Assembly (NCBI GenBank): GCA_963663275.1
Contig: OY760183.1
Location: 1,952,001 to 2,016,000 of the forward strand
Direction of reading: 5' to 3'
DNA length: 64,000 bases
DNA from: Chloroflexota bacterium
GTDB taxonomy: Bacteria > Chloroflexota > UBA11872 > VXOZ01
Shown: in pieces, positions 20,520 through 30,660 of the stretch
Layout: every line of letters begins with the position of its first letter
How positions within the stretch are numbered: the stretch's first letter is position 1
Notes under the pieces: generated by a model
Seen by the model: only the letters and a program-made list of their open reading frames with translations
Databases searched by the model: none
What the model was told of the DNA's origin: nothing
Made by a program: the position numbers and the translations under genes

Positions 20520-21890
20520 ATGCTGAAGAAGCGATTTTCACGCCGCGCGTTCATTGGCTCGGCGACGGCGGTAGGCGGCGCGGCGTTTTTGGCCGCCTGT
20601 GGCGCCATGCCAGCGGCGACTATGGAAGAAGCGCCGGCGGAAAAGGAAGCGGAGGCGCCCAAGGCTGAGGCCGCGCCCAAGGAAGAGCCGGTACAACTCA
20701 TTTACCTTTCCCGCGATTCGGCCACGACCACCGAAAACGTGCGCAAGTACTTCGATACCTACGAGGCTGAGACTCCCGGCGTCAAGATCGAGCTGCAGAA
20801 CCTCGCCAGCGTAGCTGAGGCCGAGACAAAGCTCAAGGTCGCCGCGGCGGCCGGCGTGCCCATCGACTTCCTCCGCTGCAGTTGGGGTTCCTATCTGGAC
20901 CTGGCCCAAGCCGAAGTGCTCTCGCCGTTGGATGATTTCTTCAAGCGCGACGGCCTTTCGCCCACCGAGATATTCCTGCCCGCCACGCTGACCCAGTGGC
21001 TGGACAAGGGCGTGCTGTGGGGCATGCCGGCTTCCGGCAATTGCGACGCCCTGCTCATGAACAAGCAGTTGCTCGACAACGCCGGACTGGATGCGCCCTC
21101 CGTTGATCCGGCGGACGCTTCCTGGACGATGGACAAATTCCTGGAATACGGCCGGGCCATGACCCAGGGTGACGAGCAGTTCGGTCACACCGGCGGCGTC
21201 TCGGCGTTCAACGTCTCCGGCATCGCTACCGGCACCTACTTCGGCGAGTTCTGCTGGAATGTGGAAGAGCAGCGCGGCAATATGGACCACCCGGTCTTCA
21301 TCGAAGCGCTGCAGTACTGGCGCGACCTGCGCGATAAGCATGGTGTTGTGCCCAACGCGGACCAGTCCGCCGCCCTCAGGGGCGAGCAGCACATCTGGCA
21401 GACCGGCAAGGTCGGTTTCCACATTACCAACGGCTACAAGCCGGCGGTGGAATTCGAGGTCATCGGCGCGGCGCTGCCCTACACGGGCGAGGCGCCGAAC
21501 AAGTCCGGCCGCGCCTGGTACCCGGCCATCCTGATGGGCGTCGGCCCGAAAGTGGACCACGCCTGGAACGTGTTGAAGTGGATGATGTCCGGCGAGAACA
21601 GCGTGGGCTACACGCTGGCCGTGCGCCACACCATCAGCCCGGTCGCAGCCGTCTCCACGCTGCCCGCGGAGAAGCTGAAGGCGGATACGGGCTACGATTC
21701 GGTTGCCCACGCCAACCAGTCGGCATACAGCGGTCCGGCGGGCTGGGGCTTGCTCCGCTATACCACGTGGGGCGAATGGCGCGACGCCATCAAGCCGGTC
21801 TACGCTGAATTCAACGATGGCAACATGACCGCCGAGGAATACGGCCGCGCCGCCACCGATCTGCTGAACGCGATCATCATTCCCAGCTAG
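20520..21890 (+). CDS. Tat-exported extracellular solute-binding lipoprotein (SBP family 1)
   Basis: FSRRAFI, lipobox LAAC, sugar-SBP-like body. Confidence 0.85.
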   Translation: MLKKRFSRRAFIGSATAVGGAAFLAACGAMPAATMEEAPAEKEAEAPKAEAAPKEEPVQLIYLSRDSATTTENVRKYFDTYEAETPGVKIELQNLASVAEAETKLKVAAAAGVPIDFLRCSWGSYLDLAQAEVLSPLDDFFKRDGLSPTEIFLPATLTQWLDKGVLWGMPASGNCDALLMNKQLLDNAGLDAPSVDPADASWTMDKFLEYGRAMTQGDEQFGHTGGVSAFNVSGIATGTYFGEFCWNVEEQRGNMDHPVFIEALQYWRDLRDKHGVVPNADQSAALRGEQHIWQTGKVGFHITNGYKPAVEFEVIGAALPYTGEAPNKSGRAWYPAILMGVGPKVDHAWNVLKWMMSGENSVGYTLAVRHTISPVAAVSTLPAEKLKADTGYDSVAHANQSAYSGPAGWGLLRYTTWGEWRDAIKPVYAEFNDGNMTAEEYGRAATDLLNAIIIPS

Positions 21891-21955
21891 CGGCGGCAGG
21901 GCTGCGTGTTCTTGGTGAAAGAGAGTGCGCAGTCGCTCTGAATCTGGATAGTAAT

Positions 21956-21990
21956 GAGGCGAGAGGTCATCCCTCTCGCCTCTTGCTTTG
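21956..21990. terminator. Rho-independent terminator
   Basis: GAGGCGAGAGG-loop-CCTCTCGCCTC followed by TTGCTTT, between convergent genes. Confidence 0.7.
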
Positions 21991-21992
21991 TC

Positions 21993-22832
21993 CTAGGTAT
22001 CGATCTGTTTGAGCCACGCGACGAACGAGTTGGAACACCAGTGCGGTGGATCAGCCTCCGCTAGCGCCAACCACTTATCGACCATAGGCCGGGCGCGGGT
22101 ACAGCGGATGGTGGCAGCGCCAATAGCGCCATGGCGCAAGAGGCCCTGTTCAGCAAGTATTGACTCGATTCTTTCGCGTGCCGCAAGACCGATGCTCGGC
22201 CATGCGCCCGGTTTCTGCCAGTCCTCAATTTGCTCCGCCAGCCTTTTGCGCCGGTTGGGCGCGGCTCTATGCAGGGCGCGGTCGACCAGCAGGGTCTCCA
22301 CCAGGTGCACCATGGTGTTGTAGTGAAAATTAACGCCCAGGAAGCAATACGCGACATTCCAGTTATAAAATCTCTGCCAGGGGCTCTCCCGCGCAAAGGC
22401 GCGCGGCCCCCACGGACCCAGGCGCAAGCCCGTCGCGCCGTGATTTGCCGTGAGTTCTCTTGCCCGCGGGCCAATGGCCGACACCGAGTGTGTCCCGTGG
22501 TCGCTGCGCGCGGCAGCGGGCCGGTGGCGCAACACCTCCGTGATGCGCCCGACGCAGGAAGGCGACGTGGCTATGTTCCAGCGGTCGAACGTTAGATGCC
22601 GCTCATCCGGCGGCATGCGGCAGAGGGTGGGCACGACAACGTTGCCGCGAGGGCCAACCGCATCCAGGAATCCATCGATCACCGTGTCCGCGCCGCCGAC
22701 TACCCACCCCATGCTGCTCAGCGAGCTATGGAACATAACGGTGTCGCCGCACCGCACGCCGACCTCCCGCAGGGCGTTGGTGATTTCCTCGCGGTAGACA
22801 TTGTGCGTGGTTTCGCCGACGTTGAATGCCAT
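21993..22832 (-). CDS. AAC(3)-family N-acetyltransferase
   Basis: GDTVMFHSSLSSMGWVVGG, VVPT, GRITE, RSDHGTHSVSAIG, NTMVHLVE. Confidence 0.88.
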   Translation of the reverse strand: MAFNVGETTHNVYREEITNALREVGVRCGDTVMFHSSLSSMGWVVGGADTVIDGFLDAVGPRGNVVVPTLCRMPPDERHLTFDRWNIATSPSCVGRITEVLRHRPAAARSDHGTHSVSAIGPRARELTANHGATGLRLGPWGPRAFARESPWQRFYNWNVAYCFLGVNFHYNTMVHLVETLLVDRALHRAAPNRRKRLAEQIEDWQKPGAWPSIGLAARERIESILAEQGLLRHGAIGAATIRCTRARPMVDKWLALAEADPPHWCSNSFVAWLKQIDT

Positions 22833-23033
22833 GTACGACTTTCCCTTTTGATTCCGGGCGCTGCACTACCTATTCTACTCGGCGCATGGCAATGCTAGTA
22901 TACTGATAGTCACGCAGGGGCAGCCGTCACAGCGAGGGAATCTACCGCTTAGCCTCCTTCACAGGTGGCGGCCCGCACCAAAGTGCAGCTATTCAGCGGC
23001 TTTTTGCCGATAGGTGGAGTTTGTTTGGAAGGG

Positions 23034-24248
23034 ATGGGCAAGAACATGTACGGCGTTATCTGGACGTATCCCTGGGACGTGGTCGAGGCGGGTATCGACA
23101 CGGCGTTGGCGCGGATTGCCAACGAGGGCGGGATGCGGGCGGTCTCTCTGAGCCACAGCTACCACAACGTCAAGCACTTGCGGCCCCACAACCCGGGTCG
23201 CAAGCTCTTCGTCGCCAACTCGTCGGCAATCTACTTTCAGCCTGACCTGAAGCGCTATGGCGCTGTCAAACCCATCGTCGCGCCGCTAGTCAAGGAAGAC
23301 GACGTGATGCGCCGCATCCGCGACGCGGTGGAGAAGCACGGCCTGGCGTATCACGCCTGGACGGTCACGCTGCACAACAGCGCGCTCGGCACGGTCTATC
23401 CCGAGGTCAACACCCTCAACGCGCTGGGCGACCGCGTGCCGCACTATTTGTGTCCGAGCAATCCCGATGTGCGGACGTACATTACCGCGCTCGTGAGTGA
23501 TATTGCCGCCAACCTCGCGCCCGCGCAGGTCGAGCTTGAGTTTCTGCACTTCGGTACGTTCGACCACGACGTGCACCACGGGATTCCGAGCGTGGAGTTG
23601 GACGCTTTTACCGAATACTTGCTGGGTCTCTGCTTTTGCGAACACTGTCTGGGCCGGGCGCAAGACGCGGGTGTGGACGGCGCGGCCGTGCGCGCGTGGG
23701 CGCGCGGCCACGTCCTCGACTACCTGGAGGGCGACGATCTGCCGGCGCTCGGCGGGCTGGGCGATAACATCGCCGGCCACGCGCTGACGTTCCCGGCGCT
23801 GGACGGCTACCTGCGCATGCGTATCGAGTCCGTCATGTCGCTGTGGGCGGAATGCAAAGCGGCGCTGGGCGGCAAATCGGACTTCGTGCCCATCGTCAAC
23901 ATGGGCGTCGGCATGCCGGAGCAAGCCAGCGTAATTCAGGCGCTTGACGGCGTGGACATCGGCCGGGCCCTGGATGAGGGTATTCCGAACGAGTTGCTCG
24001 ACTGCGCGGCGTACAGCCTGGACGGCCTCATCCTGAAACGCGCCGTCCGCGACTTGCGGCGGCTGGTTGACGGTCGCGTGCCCATCCGCGAGGGGCTGCG
24101 CCTCATTCCGCCGCAGGTGATTACGTCCGATGACGTGGCCGGGCAAATAGAGAAGGTGCGCGCGCTGGGCATCGACCGGGTGAACCTCTACAACTACGGC
24201 CTGATGCGGCTGGCAAACCTGCGCGCGGCGAAAGAGGCTATGGCATAG
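23034..24248 (+). CDS. Uncharacterised TIM-barrel protein (glycoside hydrolase-like)
   Basis: WTYPWD, SYH, AWTVTLHNS, LCPSNPDVR, LCFCEHC, YNYGL. Confidence 0.7.
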   Translation: MGKNMYGVIWTYPWDVVEAGIDTALARIANEGGMRAVSLSHSYHNVKHLRPHNPGRKLFVANSSAIYFQPDLKRYGAVKPIVAPLVKEDDVMRRIRDAVEKHGLAYHAWTVTLHNSALGTVYPEVNTLNALGDRVPHYLCPSNPDVRTYITALVSDIAANLAPAQVELEFLHFGTFDHDVHHGIPSVELDAFTEYLLGLCFCEHCLGRAQDAGVDGAAVRAWARGHVLDYLEGDDLPALGGLGDNIAGHALTFPALDGYLRMRIESVMSLWAECKAALGGKSDFVPIVNMGVGMPEQASVIQALDGVDIGRALDEGIPNELLDCAAYSLDGLILKRAVRDLRRLVDGRVPIREGLRLIPPQVITSDDVAGQIEKVRALGIDRVNLYNYGLMRLANLRAAKEAMA

Positions 24249-24284
24249 GAGGTTTGCGGGCGGAATCCTGTGCGACTTTTCAAT

Positions 24285-24424
24285 CCGGGGTAGGGGCACG
24301 ACATGTCGTGCCCCTACCCCGGGGCGAAGAGGCACGATTGTCGTGCCCCTACCCCGGGGCGAAGAGGCACGATTGTCGTGCCCCTACCCCGGGGCGAAGA
24401 GGCACGAATGTCGCGCCCCGCGGG
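24285..24424. repeat. Perfect 38-bp palindrome followed by 35-bp tandem repeats (GTAG-type REP)
   Basis: CCGGGGTAGGGGCACGACATGTCGTGCCCCTACCCCGG at 24285-24322, then the unit GGCACGATTGTCGTGCCCCTACCCCGGGGCGAAGA repeated. Confidence 0.85.
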
Positions 24425-24494
24425 TCCCGAGCGAGAAGCCCAACGCAGGGATAGCCTCAGAAAAGCTATGGTACGCACACTGAGAAGGCACACT

Positions 24495-25511
24495 ATGGTA
24501 GCAATCACCCGCTGGAAATTCGGCAAACGCTGGGTCTATTCCACTACCTACGACGAAGTGGTGACCTCCACCGTGCAGAACGGCCTGGCCATTCACGAGC
24601 GGTTTGGCGCGCCGGGGCACCTGACGGTGGTGGTGGGACAGATGGGCGAACCGCGTGACGTGCCCAACAGCGGCTACGACGCCACCTACACCCACGTCTC
24701 GGTGGCCGAGTGTAAGCGGGCGCAGCGGTACGGCTGGACGGTTTCCTCGCACTCCATGACCCACAACAAGCTGCCCGGCGGCATGGCCGTGCCGGCGAAC
24801 GCGCGCATCGAGGTGGTGGACTCCGCGCATTTGCTGGAAGAACGGCTCGGCACGCCCGTGACCGCGTTCATCGCGCCCGGCAACGACCACTGCCTGCCGT
24901 ATGCCTGGCCGCTGGCGGAGGAGGCCGGCTACCTGAGCATGTACGGCGTGCGCGACCAGCTCAACTACCCGGATACGGACATGATGCAACTCTGCCGGCC
25001 GGTGGTCTACCATAAGCTGGACGATTACAACCGGCGCTACGATCCCTACCGGCTCGTCTACCTCGCCCGCGAAACGGGCGGCTGGCTGATAGATTACACC
25101 CACGCGGTGCAGGACGAACTGGTCATCCCCAACCGCGAACTGACGCCCACGGAACTCGGCAACCGCCTGGAGGCCGTGACCCGCGCCGGCGGGGATGAAG
25201 TCTGGCTCGCCGTGCCGGAAGAGGTGGCGGACTACCTCATCCTGGCGCGGGAGACGACCATCGTTGACGAGCGGCGCGCGCCGACCGCTATCACCTATCG
25301 CCTGGCGGCGCCAGAGATTCCGGAGCGCGTGCAGTGGCACACACTTACGTTTACCTGCACGATCCCGCGTGAGTGGGTGGATGTTGCTGTGCAGGTTTCG
25401 CGCGCGGGAGAAGGCGAACCCGTTGCGCTTGAGCGGTTGGACGATACCACCGTCCGCTACAGCCATCGCGTCTCCGACGGCCAACAGGTGACGCTCGCGC
25501 CAAAAGAATAG
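24495..25511 (+). CDS. Polysaccharide deacetylase family protein
   Basis: STTYDE, SSHSMTH, APGN, GGWLIDYTH. Confidence 0.75.
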   Translation: MVAITRWKFGKRWVYSTTYDEVVTSTVQNGLAIHERFGAPGHLTVVVGQMGEPRDVPNSGYDATYTHVSVAECKRAQRYGWTVSSHSMTHNKLPGGMAVPANARIEVVDSAHLLEERLGTPVTAFIAPGNDHCLPYAWPLAEEAGYLSMYGVRDQLNYPDTDMMQLCRPVVYHKLDDYNRRYDPYRLVYLARETGGWLIDYTHAVQDELVIPNRELTPTELGNRLEAVTRAGGDEVWLAVPEEVADYLILARETTIVDERRAPTAITYRLAAPEIPERVQWHTLTFTCTIPREWVDVAVQVSRAGEGEPVALERLDDTTVRYSHRVSDGQQVTLAPKE

Positions 25512-25578
25512 CGCGCCGCGCGCGTACTTGTGCGGGAAGAGTGCGCGCTTTCGCGTATTCATATCAGGAGCCTTGTCC

Positions 25579-26901
25579 ATGTCATCACAGGACACGTCCG
25601 CCGCGGCCCTGGGCGCGATTGCGCGCCAGGCAAGCGGCGCGCGGGACGAAGCGACCGGCTTTCTGCGCCAACTCGTGGCGTGCGAGACCGCTGTGCGCAG
25701 CCCGGTGACGCCGGAGTTTCTCAGCGAGACGCGGCAGTGCCGCCAACTGGTCGCGGATTTCCTTGAAACGCTCGGCTGTGAGATTCATGCATGGGAGACG
25801 CGGGACGGCTATCCCACGCTGGCGGCGCGGCTGCTGGGCGGCGGGAGCGGCCGGTCGCTGACGTTCAACGGCCACATCGACGTGGTGCCGGTGGGGGACA
25901 CCTCGGCGTGGACACGCGACCCGTGGGCCGGGGAAATCGAGGACGGCAGGCTCTACGGACGCGGCACGGCCGACATGAAGGCCGGTCTCGTGAGCATGAT
26001 GTACGCCGCCAAGTGCGTGCTCGCGGCCGGATTTCGTCCGGCGGGTGACGTGTGGTTCCACGTGGTGAGCGACGAGGAGCTTGTCGGCCACGGCACGCGA
26101 GAGTGTATTGCCAAGTTTCCGGCGAGCGACGCCGTGCTCGACGCCGAGCCGACCGACCTGACGATTATTCCCACCGAGGGCGGTCTGGAACACCTGCGCC
26201 TTGAGATCGAAGGCCGCGAGGCCCACGCCGGCAGCCGCTGGCGCAACCTGGCCCCCGGCGAGAACGGCCCCGGCGTCAACGCGGTGGAGAAGGGCGCGAA
26301 ACTCGTCACCGCTATCCAGGACCTGGAACGCCAGTGGGTGAACCGCAAGTCGCATCCGCTTTTCCCGCCCGGGTATAACTCGCTGCTGCCGGCCATCTTC
26401 ATCGCCGGGCCCGGCGGCGGCGCGGACGGCCAACTCAACGTGGTCAACAATCCCGGCACCATGGCGAACTACTGCGCGATCGAATACAACATCTGGTACT
26501 ACCCGGACGAATCGCAGGAGCAGGTGAAGGCGGAGTTCGAGGCGTTCGTGCGCGCGGTTTGCCAGACTGACGAGTGGCTGCGCGACCACCCGCCAACGTT
26601 CACCTGGGGCCTGCGCCACGTGACGTTTCCGGCGTTCGAGACCCCGTCCGACCATCCTTTCATCGAACTGCTCACGCGGAGCGTGCAGCACGCCGGCGTG
26701 CGGCCCGAAATCAAGGGGTTTTCCGCCGCCAGCGACCTGGCGTGGTACGCCCAGGAGGAAATGCCCGGCTGTCTCTTCGGTCCCGGCGGCATCGCCCAGG
26801 CGCATAGCCCGGACGAGTATGTGTCGCTGGCCGACTTCGGGCGCGCGATTGAGATTTGCGCGGCGCAACTCGCCGGCTGGTGCGGCGTCGTAAAGGCATA
26901 G
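25579..26901 (+). CDS. ArgE/DapE-family M20 deacylase
   Basis: FNGHIDVVP, GRGTADMKAG, DEE, AEPT, AHSPDE. Confidence 0.92.
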   Translation: MSSQDTSAAALGAIARQASGARDEATGFLRQLVACETAVRSPVTPEFLSETRQCRQLVADFLETLGCEIHAWETRDGYPTLAARLLGGGSGRSLTFNGHIDVVPVGDTSAWTRDPWAGEIEDGRLYGRGTADMKAGLVSMMYAAKCVLAAGFRPAGDVWFHVVSDEELVGHGTRECIAKFPASDAVLDAEPTDLTIIPTEGGLEHLRLEIEGREAHAGSRWRNLAPGENGPGVNAVEKGAKLVTAIQDLERQWVNRKSHPLFPPGYNSLLPAIFIAGPGGGADGQLNVVNNPGTMANYCAIEYNIWYYPDESQEQVKAEFEAFVRAVCQTDEWLRDHPPTFTWGLRHVTFPAFETPSDHPFIELLTRSVQHAGVRPEIKGFSAASDLAWYAQEEMPGCLFGPGGIAQAHSPDEYVSLADFGRAIEICAAQLAGWCGVVKA

Positions 26902-26915
26902 GCGGGGAGAAGCTT

Positions 26916-27905
26916 GTGGCGGCACAGCGGCCTAATACCCCACCGGAAGCGGATGGGTACGAGCGAGAGACCGTGCGGCGTGCGGCTGTCCGTTTGCCGC
27001 TGCCTGATGGAACAGAGGTCGAGATTCCCGTCATTCGCATTTTTGGGCAGCGGCCCGCACCGAGGGTTGTCATCGTTGCCGGCGTGCACGGTGACGAACT
27101 GGTGGGGCCGCACGCATTGGTTGAACTGGCGGGCGAGCTTTCGCCCAGAGCGTTGCGCGGTACGGTAGTGCTGGTACCTGGCGCCAATCCGCTCGCCTTC
27201 GCGGCCGGTCAGCGCAAGGCCCCGGACGATCTCTTGGATCTCAACCGTATTTTCCCCGGCAAGTGCGGCGGTTCGGCAACTGAGCGGGTAGCAAACGGGC
27301 TTGTTAACGAGATTGTTGGCGAGGCGGACCTGGTCGTCGATCTGCACAGCGCCGGCCGCGAAGGCGATTTGCTGCCGCTAAGCGGGTTTCGCGAGGCGCG
27401 GAATGATTGCGCAAGGCGTTCGGCGCTGGCGGCCGCGGCCTTTGGTCTGGAGCACTACTGGATGATGCGCTGGGCGCCGGGCACGCTCTCTACGTGGGCG
27501 AATCAGCGGGGCATTCCGGCCGTGGGCTGCGAAGTCGGCGGCCGCGGCATGGCCACACGGGAGCAAATCGACCTCTACAAGCCAGGCATTCGCCGCTGCC
27601 TGCGCCACCTCGGCCTGCTCGACCCGCCGCTGGAAGTCGCGATGCCGGCGCACGTGTGGACGCAGGAACACCTGACCGCGCCCTGCGGAGGACTGCTGGA
27701 GACTCTGGTACCGCTCGGCCAGGATGTACAGGCTGGTGAAACGCTTGCCCGCGTGCGCGACCTCTGGGGAGACGTGTGCGACAAAATCACCGCGCCGCGC
27801 GACGGCAGGATCCTGTACACGCGAGTGCAGCAATCCGTGGGCGCAGGCGACAACGTCTTCTGGCTGGGACGGCAGGAAGACAATCCGTGCTATGCATCCG
27901 CTTGA
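26916..27905 (+). CDS. Succinylglutamate desuccinylase/aspartoacylase (M14) family
   Basis: AGVHGDE, DLNRIFPG, DLHSAG, EVGG, C-terminal biotinyl-like domain. Confidence 0.9.
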   Translation: MAAQRPNTPPEADGYERETVRRAAVRLPLPDGTEVEIPVIRIFGQRPAPRVVIVAGVHGDELVGPHALVELAGELSPRALRGTVVLVPGANPLAFAAGQRKAPDDLLDLNRIFPGKCGGSATERVANGLVNEIVGEADLVVDLHSAGREGDLLPLSGFREARNDCARRSALAAAAFGLEHYWMMRWAPGTLSTWANQRGIPAVGCEVGGRGMATREQIDLYKPGIRRCLRHLGLLDPPLEVAMPAHVWTQEHLTAPCGGLLETLVPLGQDVQAGETLARVRDLWGDVCDKITAPRDGRILYTRVQQSVGAGDNVFWLGRQEDNPCYASA

Positions 27906-27941
27906 AGCGCGAAGTCTGAACCCGGATGCCACTTGATATGG

Positions 27942-28289
27942 TTAGGAACACCTGTTTTTCAAAAGGGCGTCGACCTCTCGGGCGAGCATTGGGAGATTCG
28001 TCTCAACTATGTCCCACACCAAGCGGTCATCCACGTCGGTGTACTGGTGGATCAGGATGTTGCGAAAAGCAATGATGCGTTGGTAATCGCTAATGCGGGC
28101 CGCCACCAATGCGTCGACTTTTGCCAATTGACTCATAGCCTCGCCGATGACTTCGAATTTCCGCTCTACCGCGGCGCGCAGCATAGCGTCACGCCCATAA
28201 TCCGCAAACGTCTTGCCATGCGTAAACTCTGCGAGCAAGTTTGCCGCAAAGTGGATGTCGTAGAGGTACTTCTTAACCTCAAGCCTCAT
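27942..28289 (-). CDS. HepT-like HEPN ribonuclease toxin (DUF86)
   Basis: AVERKFEVIGEA and the RNase motif FRNILIHQY (R-x4-H-x-Y). Confidence 0.9.
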   Translation of the reverse strand: MRLEVKKYLYDIHFAANLLAEFTHGKTFADYGRDAMLRAAVERKFEVIGEAMSQLAKVDALVAARISDYQRIIAFRNILIHQYTDVDDRLVWDIVETNLPMLAREVDALLKNRCS

Positions 28290-28590
28290 AGACGGACATC
28301 CTTGTCGCCTCGATTGCTTCCAAGAAGTACGGATTCTCAATGGCCGACTCGACTACCAGATCCACCGGCCTGTCGAAGAGTTGCTGCAGGGCCTCCAGCA
28401 AATCAAAGTACGTGCTGGCATAGGCGCCTGGGGGCAGGGGTTCGAACTCCACCACGAAGTCAAGGTCGCTTGCCTCCGTCAAGCCCCGGCCGGTCGCAGC
28501 CGAGCCGAACAGGGCAAGCCGCCGGACGCGGTAGCGTTGGCAAAGCCGCTCCAAGTCGGCAGTTCGGTCGCTAATGACCGGATGCAGCAT
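28279..28590 (-). CDS. MntA-like minimal nucleotidyltransferase antitoxin
   Basis: LFGSAA..SDLDFVV, RPVDLV, NPYF. Overlaps the HEPN gene. Confidence 0.9.
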   Translation of the reverse strand: MLHPVISDRTADLERLCQRYRVRRLALFGSAATGRGLTEASDLDFVVEFEPLPPGAYASTYFDLLEALQQLFDRPVDLVVESAIENPYFLEAIEATRMSVYEA

Positions 28591-28672
28591 GACGTCCTTC
28601 CGCTGAAATGAGCAGCAGATTATATTCCATGGTTCACTCCCGCCGCTGTCTTGGCCTGCGGTACAGCGAGCG

Positions 28673-29245
28673 TCAGGTGACCACTTTAAAGTACCCAGCA
28701 ATGTGCGTGTCGTAGTCGGCGGTGTGCTGGAAGGCCTTGGCGGCCAGCCGGGTGCGCAATGCGGAGTCCGCTTGTCCGGCGGCGAGCGCGTCGAGCACCG
28801 GGGTGTAGTCCTGTGGATCGACCACTACCAGCACGGAGCCGGCGTTCTTGGCGGCGGCGCGGATGAGCGTGGGACCGCCGATGTCGATGTTCTCGACGAT
28901 CTCCTCATGCCCGGCCCCGCTCTCCAGGGTTTCCACGAAGGGATAGAGGTTCACGGCCACCACGGTCACGGGGGCGATGCCGTGTTCGCGCAGGGTTTCC
29001 ACGTGTTCCGGCGCGTCCTGGCGCGCCAGAATACCGGCGTGCACCACCGGATGCAGAGTCTTCACGCGCCCATCGAGAATCTCTGGAAAGCCGGTCGCGT
29101 CGCTGACGCCGGTGACGGGTACGCCGGCCGCCGCCAGCGTGGACTGGGTGCCGCCGGTGGAGACGATTTCGCAGCCGAGTTCGGCCAGACCCGCGGCAAA
29201 CGCGACGATGCCGGTCTTATCGAACACACTCAGAATGGCGCGCAT
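28673..29245 (-). CDS. purH: IMP cyclohydrolase (PurH N-terminal MGS domain only)
   Basis: RAILSVFDKTG, STGGT, FPEILDGRVKTLHP, NLYPF, IDIGGP..RAAAKN. Ends after 190 aa. Confidence 0.85.
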   Translation of the reverse strand: MRAILSVFDKTGIVAFAAGLAELGCEIVSTGGTQSTLAAAGVPVTGVSDATGFPEILDGRVKTLHPVVHAGILARQDAPEHVETLREHGIAPVTVVAVNLYPFVETLESGAGHEEIVENIDIGGPTLIRAAAKNAGSVLVVVDPQDYTPVLDALAAGQADSALRTRLAAKAFQHTADYDTHIAGYFKVVT

Positions 29246-29630
29246 TTTCTGCCAATCCCTCGACTACTCGTGAAGCGGCGCAGTATGGCAATAGCGGGCC
29301 AAATGTCCGCTTGCCATGCGGCGATACGCGCCGCGCGCACGCCGCACCAGCAATTATACACCTGTTGGGGAAGTTTCTTCTCTGTTTCGTCTGCCGCGCA
29401 CCGCCCGTTTTATTCGACATAATCATGGCTTGTAGGCGCACTTGAAGTCTGACAAGCCAAATTTTGTAACGCCGCCGGAGACTCGACTGCCTACCACACG
29501 CACAGTATGATTGTGGCAGTGCAGCGCACGCCTACTTGCTGCAACAGGGTTCCAAGCAACGCTCGCCGCTCGCCGCGAGAATGGAGCGGTTCGCGGGAGC
29601 CTGAGCCAAACCAAACAAAAGGATACACGT

Positions 29631-30596
29631 ATGTCCGGCAAGCGCGTGAAACTCGTCGTGCCCGGGGACTTTCCGCCCCAGATTCAAGGGTCGCCGCACC
29701 TCGAGCGGCTCAAGCCCTACGGGGACGTTGACCTCTATCTCGACCGCCCGCGGGGCATGGCGGAGCAACTGAAGCGGGTGGAGGGCGCGCAGGTGATTTT
29801 GAACACGCGCGGAGCGGTCAAGTGGTTCGCGCCCGCGCTCCAGGCGCTGCCGGACCTGCGGCTCATCGCCACCTGCTCCATCGGCGTTGATTCGTACGAC
29901 GTTCCGGCGGCGCGGGCCTGCGGCGTGGCCATTAGCAACCAGCCGGGCCGCACCGCGCCGGTGGTGGCCGAGCACATCATCGGTCTCATGTTCGCCGCGG
30001 CCAAGCGCGTTGCGTTTCAAACCGCCGAACTCAAGGCCGGACGCTGGACGCTCATGCAGAACGTGATGCTGGGCGGCAAGACCCTTGGCGTGATTGGCAC
30101 CGGAAACGTGGGACGCGAGGTCGCGCGGGTCGCCAATCTGCTCGGCATGCGCTGTCTGGCGTGGACGTACAATCCCTCGCCGGAGCGGGCGCGGCAGTTG
30201 GGGGTGGAGTTCGTCGCTTTCGACGATTTACTGCGGCAAGCCGACGTGGTGAGCCTGCACGTGCGGCTCAGTGACGAGAGCCGGCATCTGATCGGCGCGC
30301 GCGAACTTGGCTTGATGAAGCCGGGCGCGATTCTGATAAACGCCGGTCGGGGCGAACTGGTGGATTCTGCCGCCTTGGTTGACGCGCTGCAAGCCGGCCG
30401 CTTGGCCGGAGCCGGGCTGGACGTATTTGACCAGGAGCCGATGCCGCCGGATGATCCTATCCTTGCGTGCGATCAGGTGGCGCTCACGCCGCACCTTGCC
30501 GACCAGACGCCGGAAGGCATCGAGATGCTCAACGAGGGCATTGTCTCCAACGTCATCGCCTTCCTGGAAGGCCGCCCGCAGAACATAGTTACCTAG
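29631..30596 (+). CDS. D-isomer-specific 2-hydroxyacid dehydrogenase
   Basis: GVIGTGNVG, INAGRG, LDVFDQEP, TPH. Confidence 0.92.
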   Translation: MSGKRVKLVVPGDFPPQIQGSPHLERLKPYGDVDLYLDRPRGMAEQLKRVEGAQVILNTRGAVKWFAPALQALPDLRLIATCSIGVDSYDVPAARACGVAISNQPGRTAPVVAEHIIGLMFAAAKRVAFQTAELKAGRWTLMQNVMLGGKTLGVIGTGNVGREVARVANLLGMRCLAWTYNPSPERARQLGVEFVAFDDLLRQADVVSLHVRLSDESRHLIGARELGLMKPGAILINAGRGELVDSAALVDALQAGRLAGAGLDVFDQEPMPPDDPILACDQVALTPHLADQTPEGIEMLNEGIVSNVIAFLEGRPQNIVT

Positions 30597-30660
30597 ACCC
30601 CCCCCAGTCTATTGATGATGCCTCATCGCAATAAGATGAGATGTATTCCATGCAGTCTCG

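Noticed and set aside
21993-22832. Acquired aminoglycoside resistance gene
   Set aside because: There is no mobile context, and the AAC(3) family includes many metabolic members. Resistance cannot be inferred from the motifs.
29246-29630. ZMP/ZTP (pfl) riboswitch upstream of purH
   Set aside because: The hallmark GACUGGCG and CGCCUGGGC segments were not found on the minus strand.
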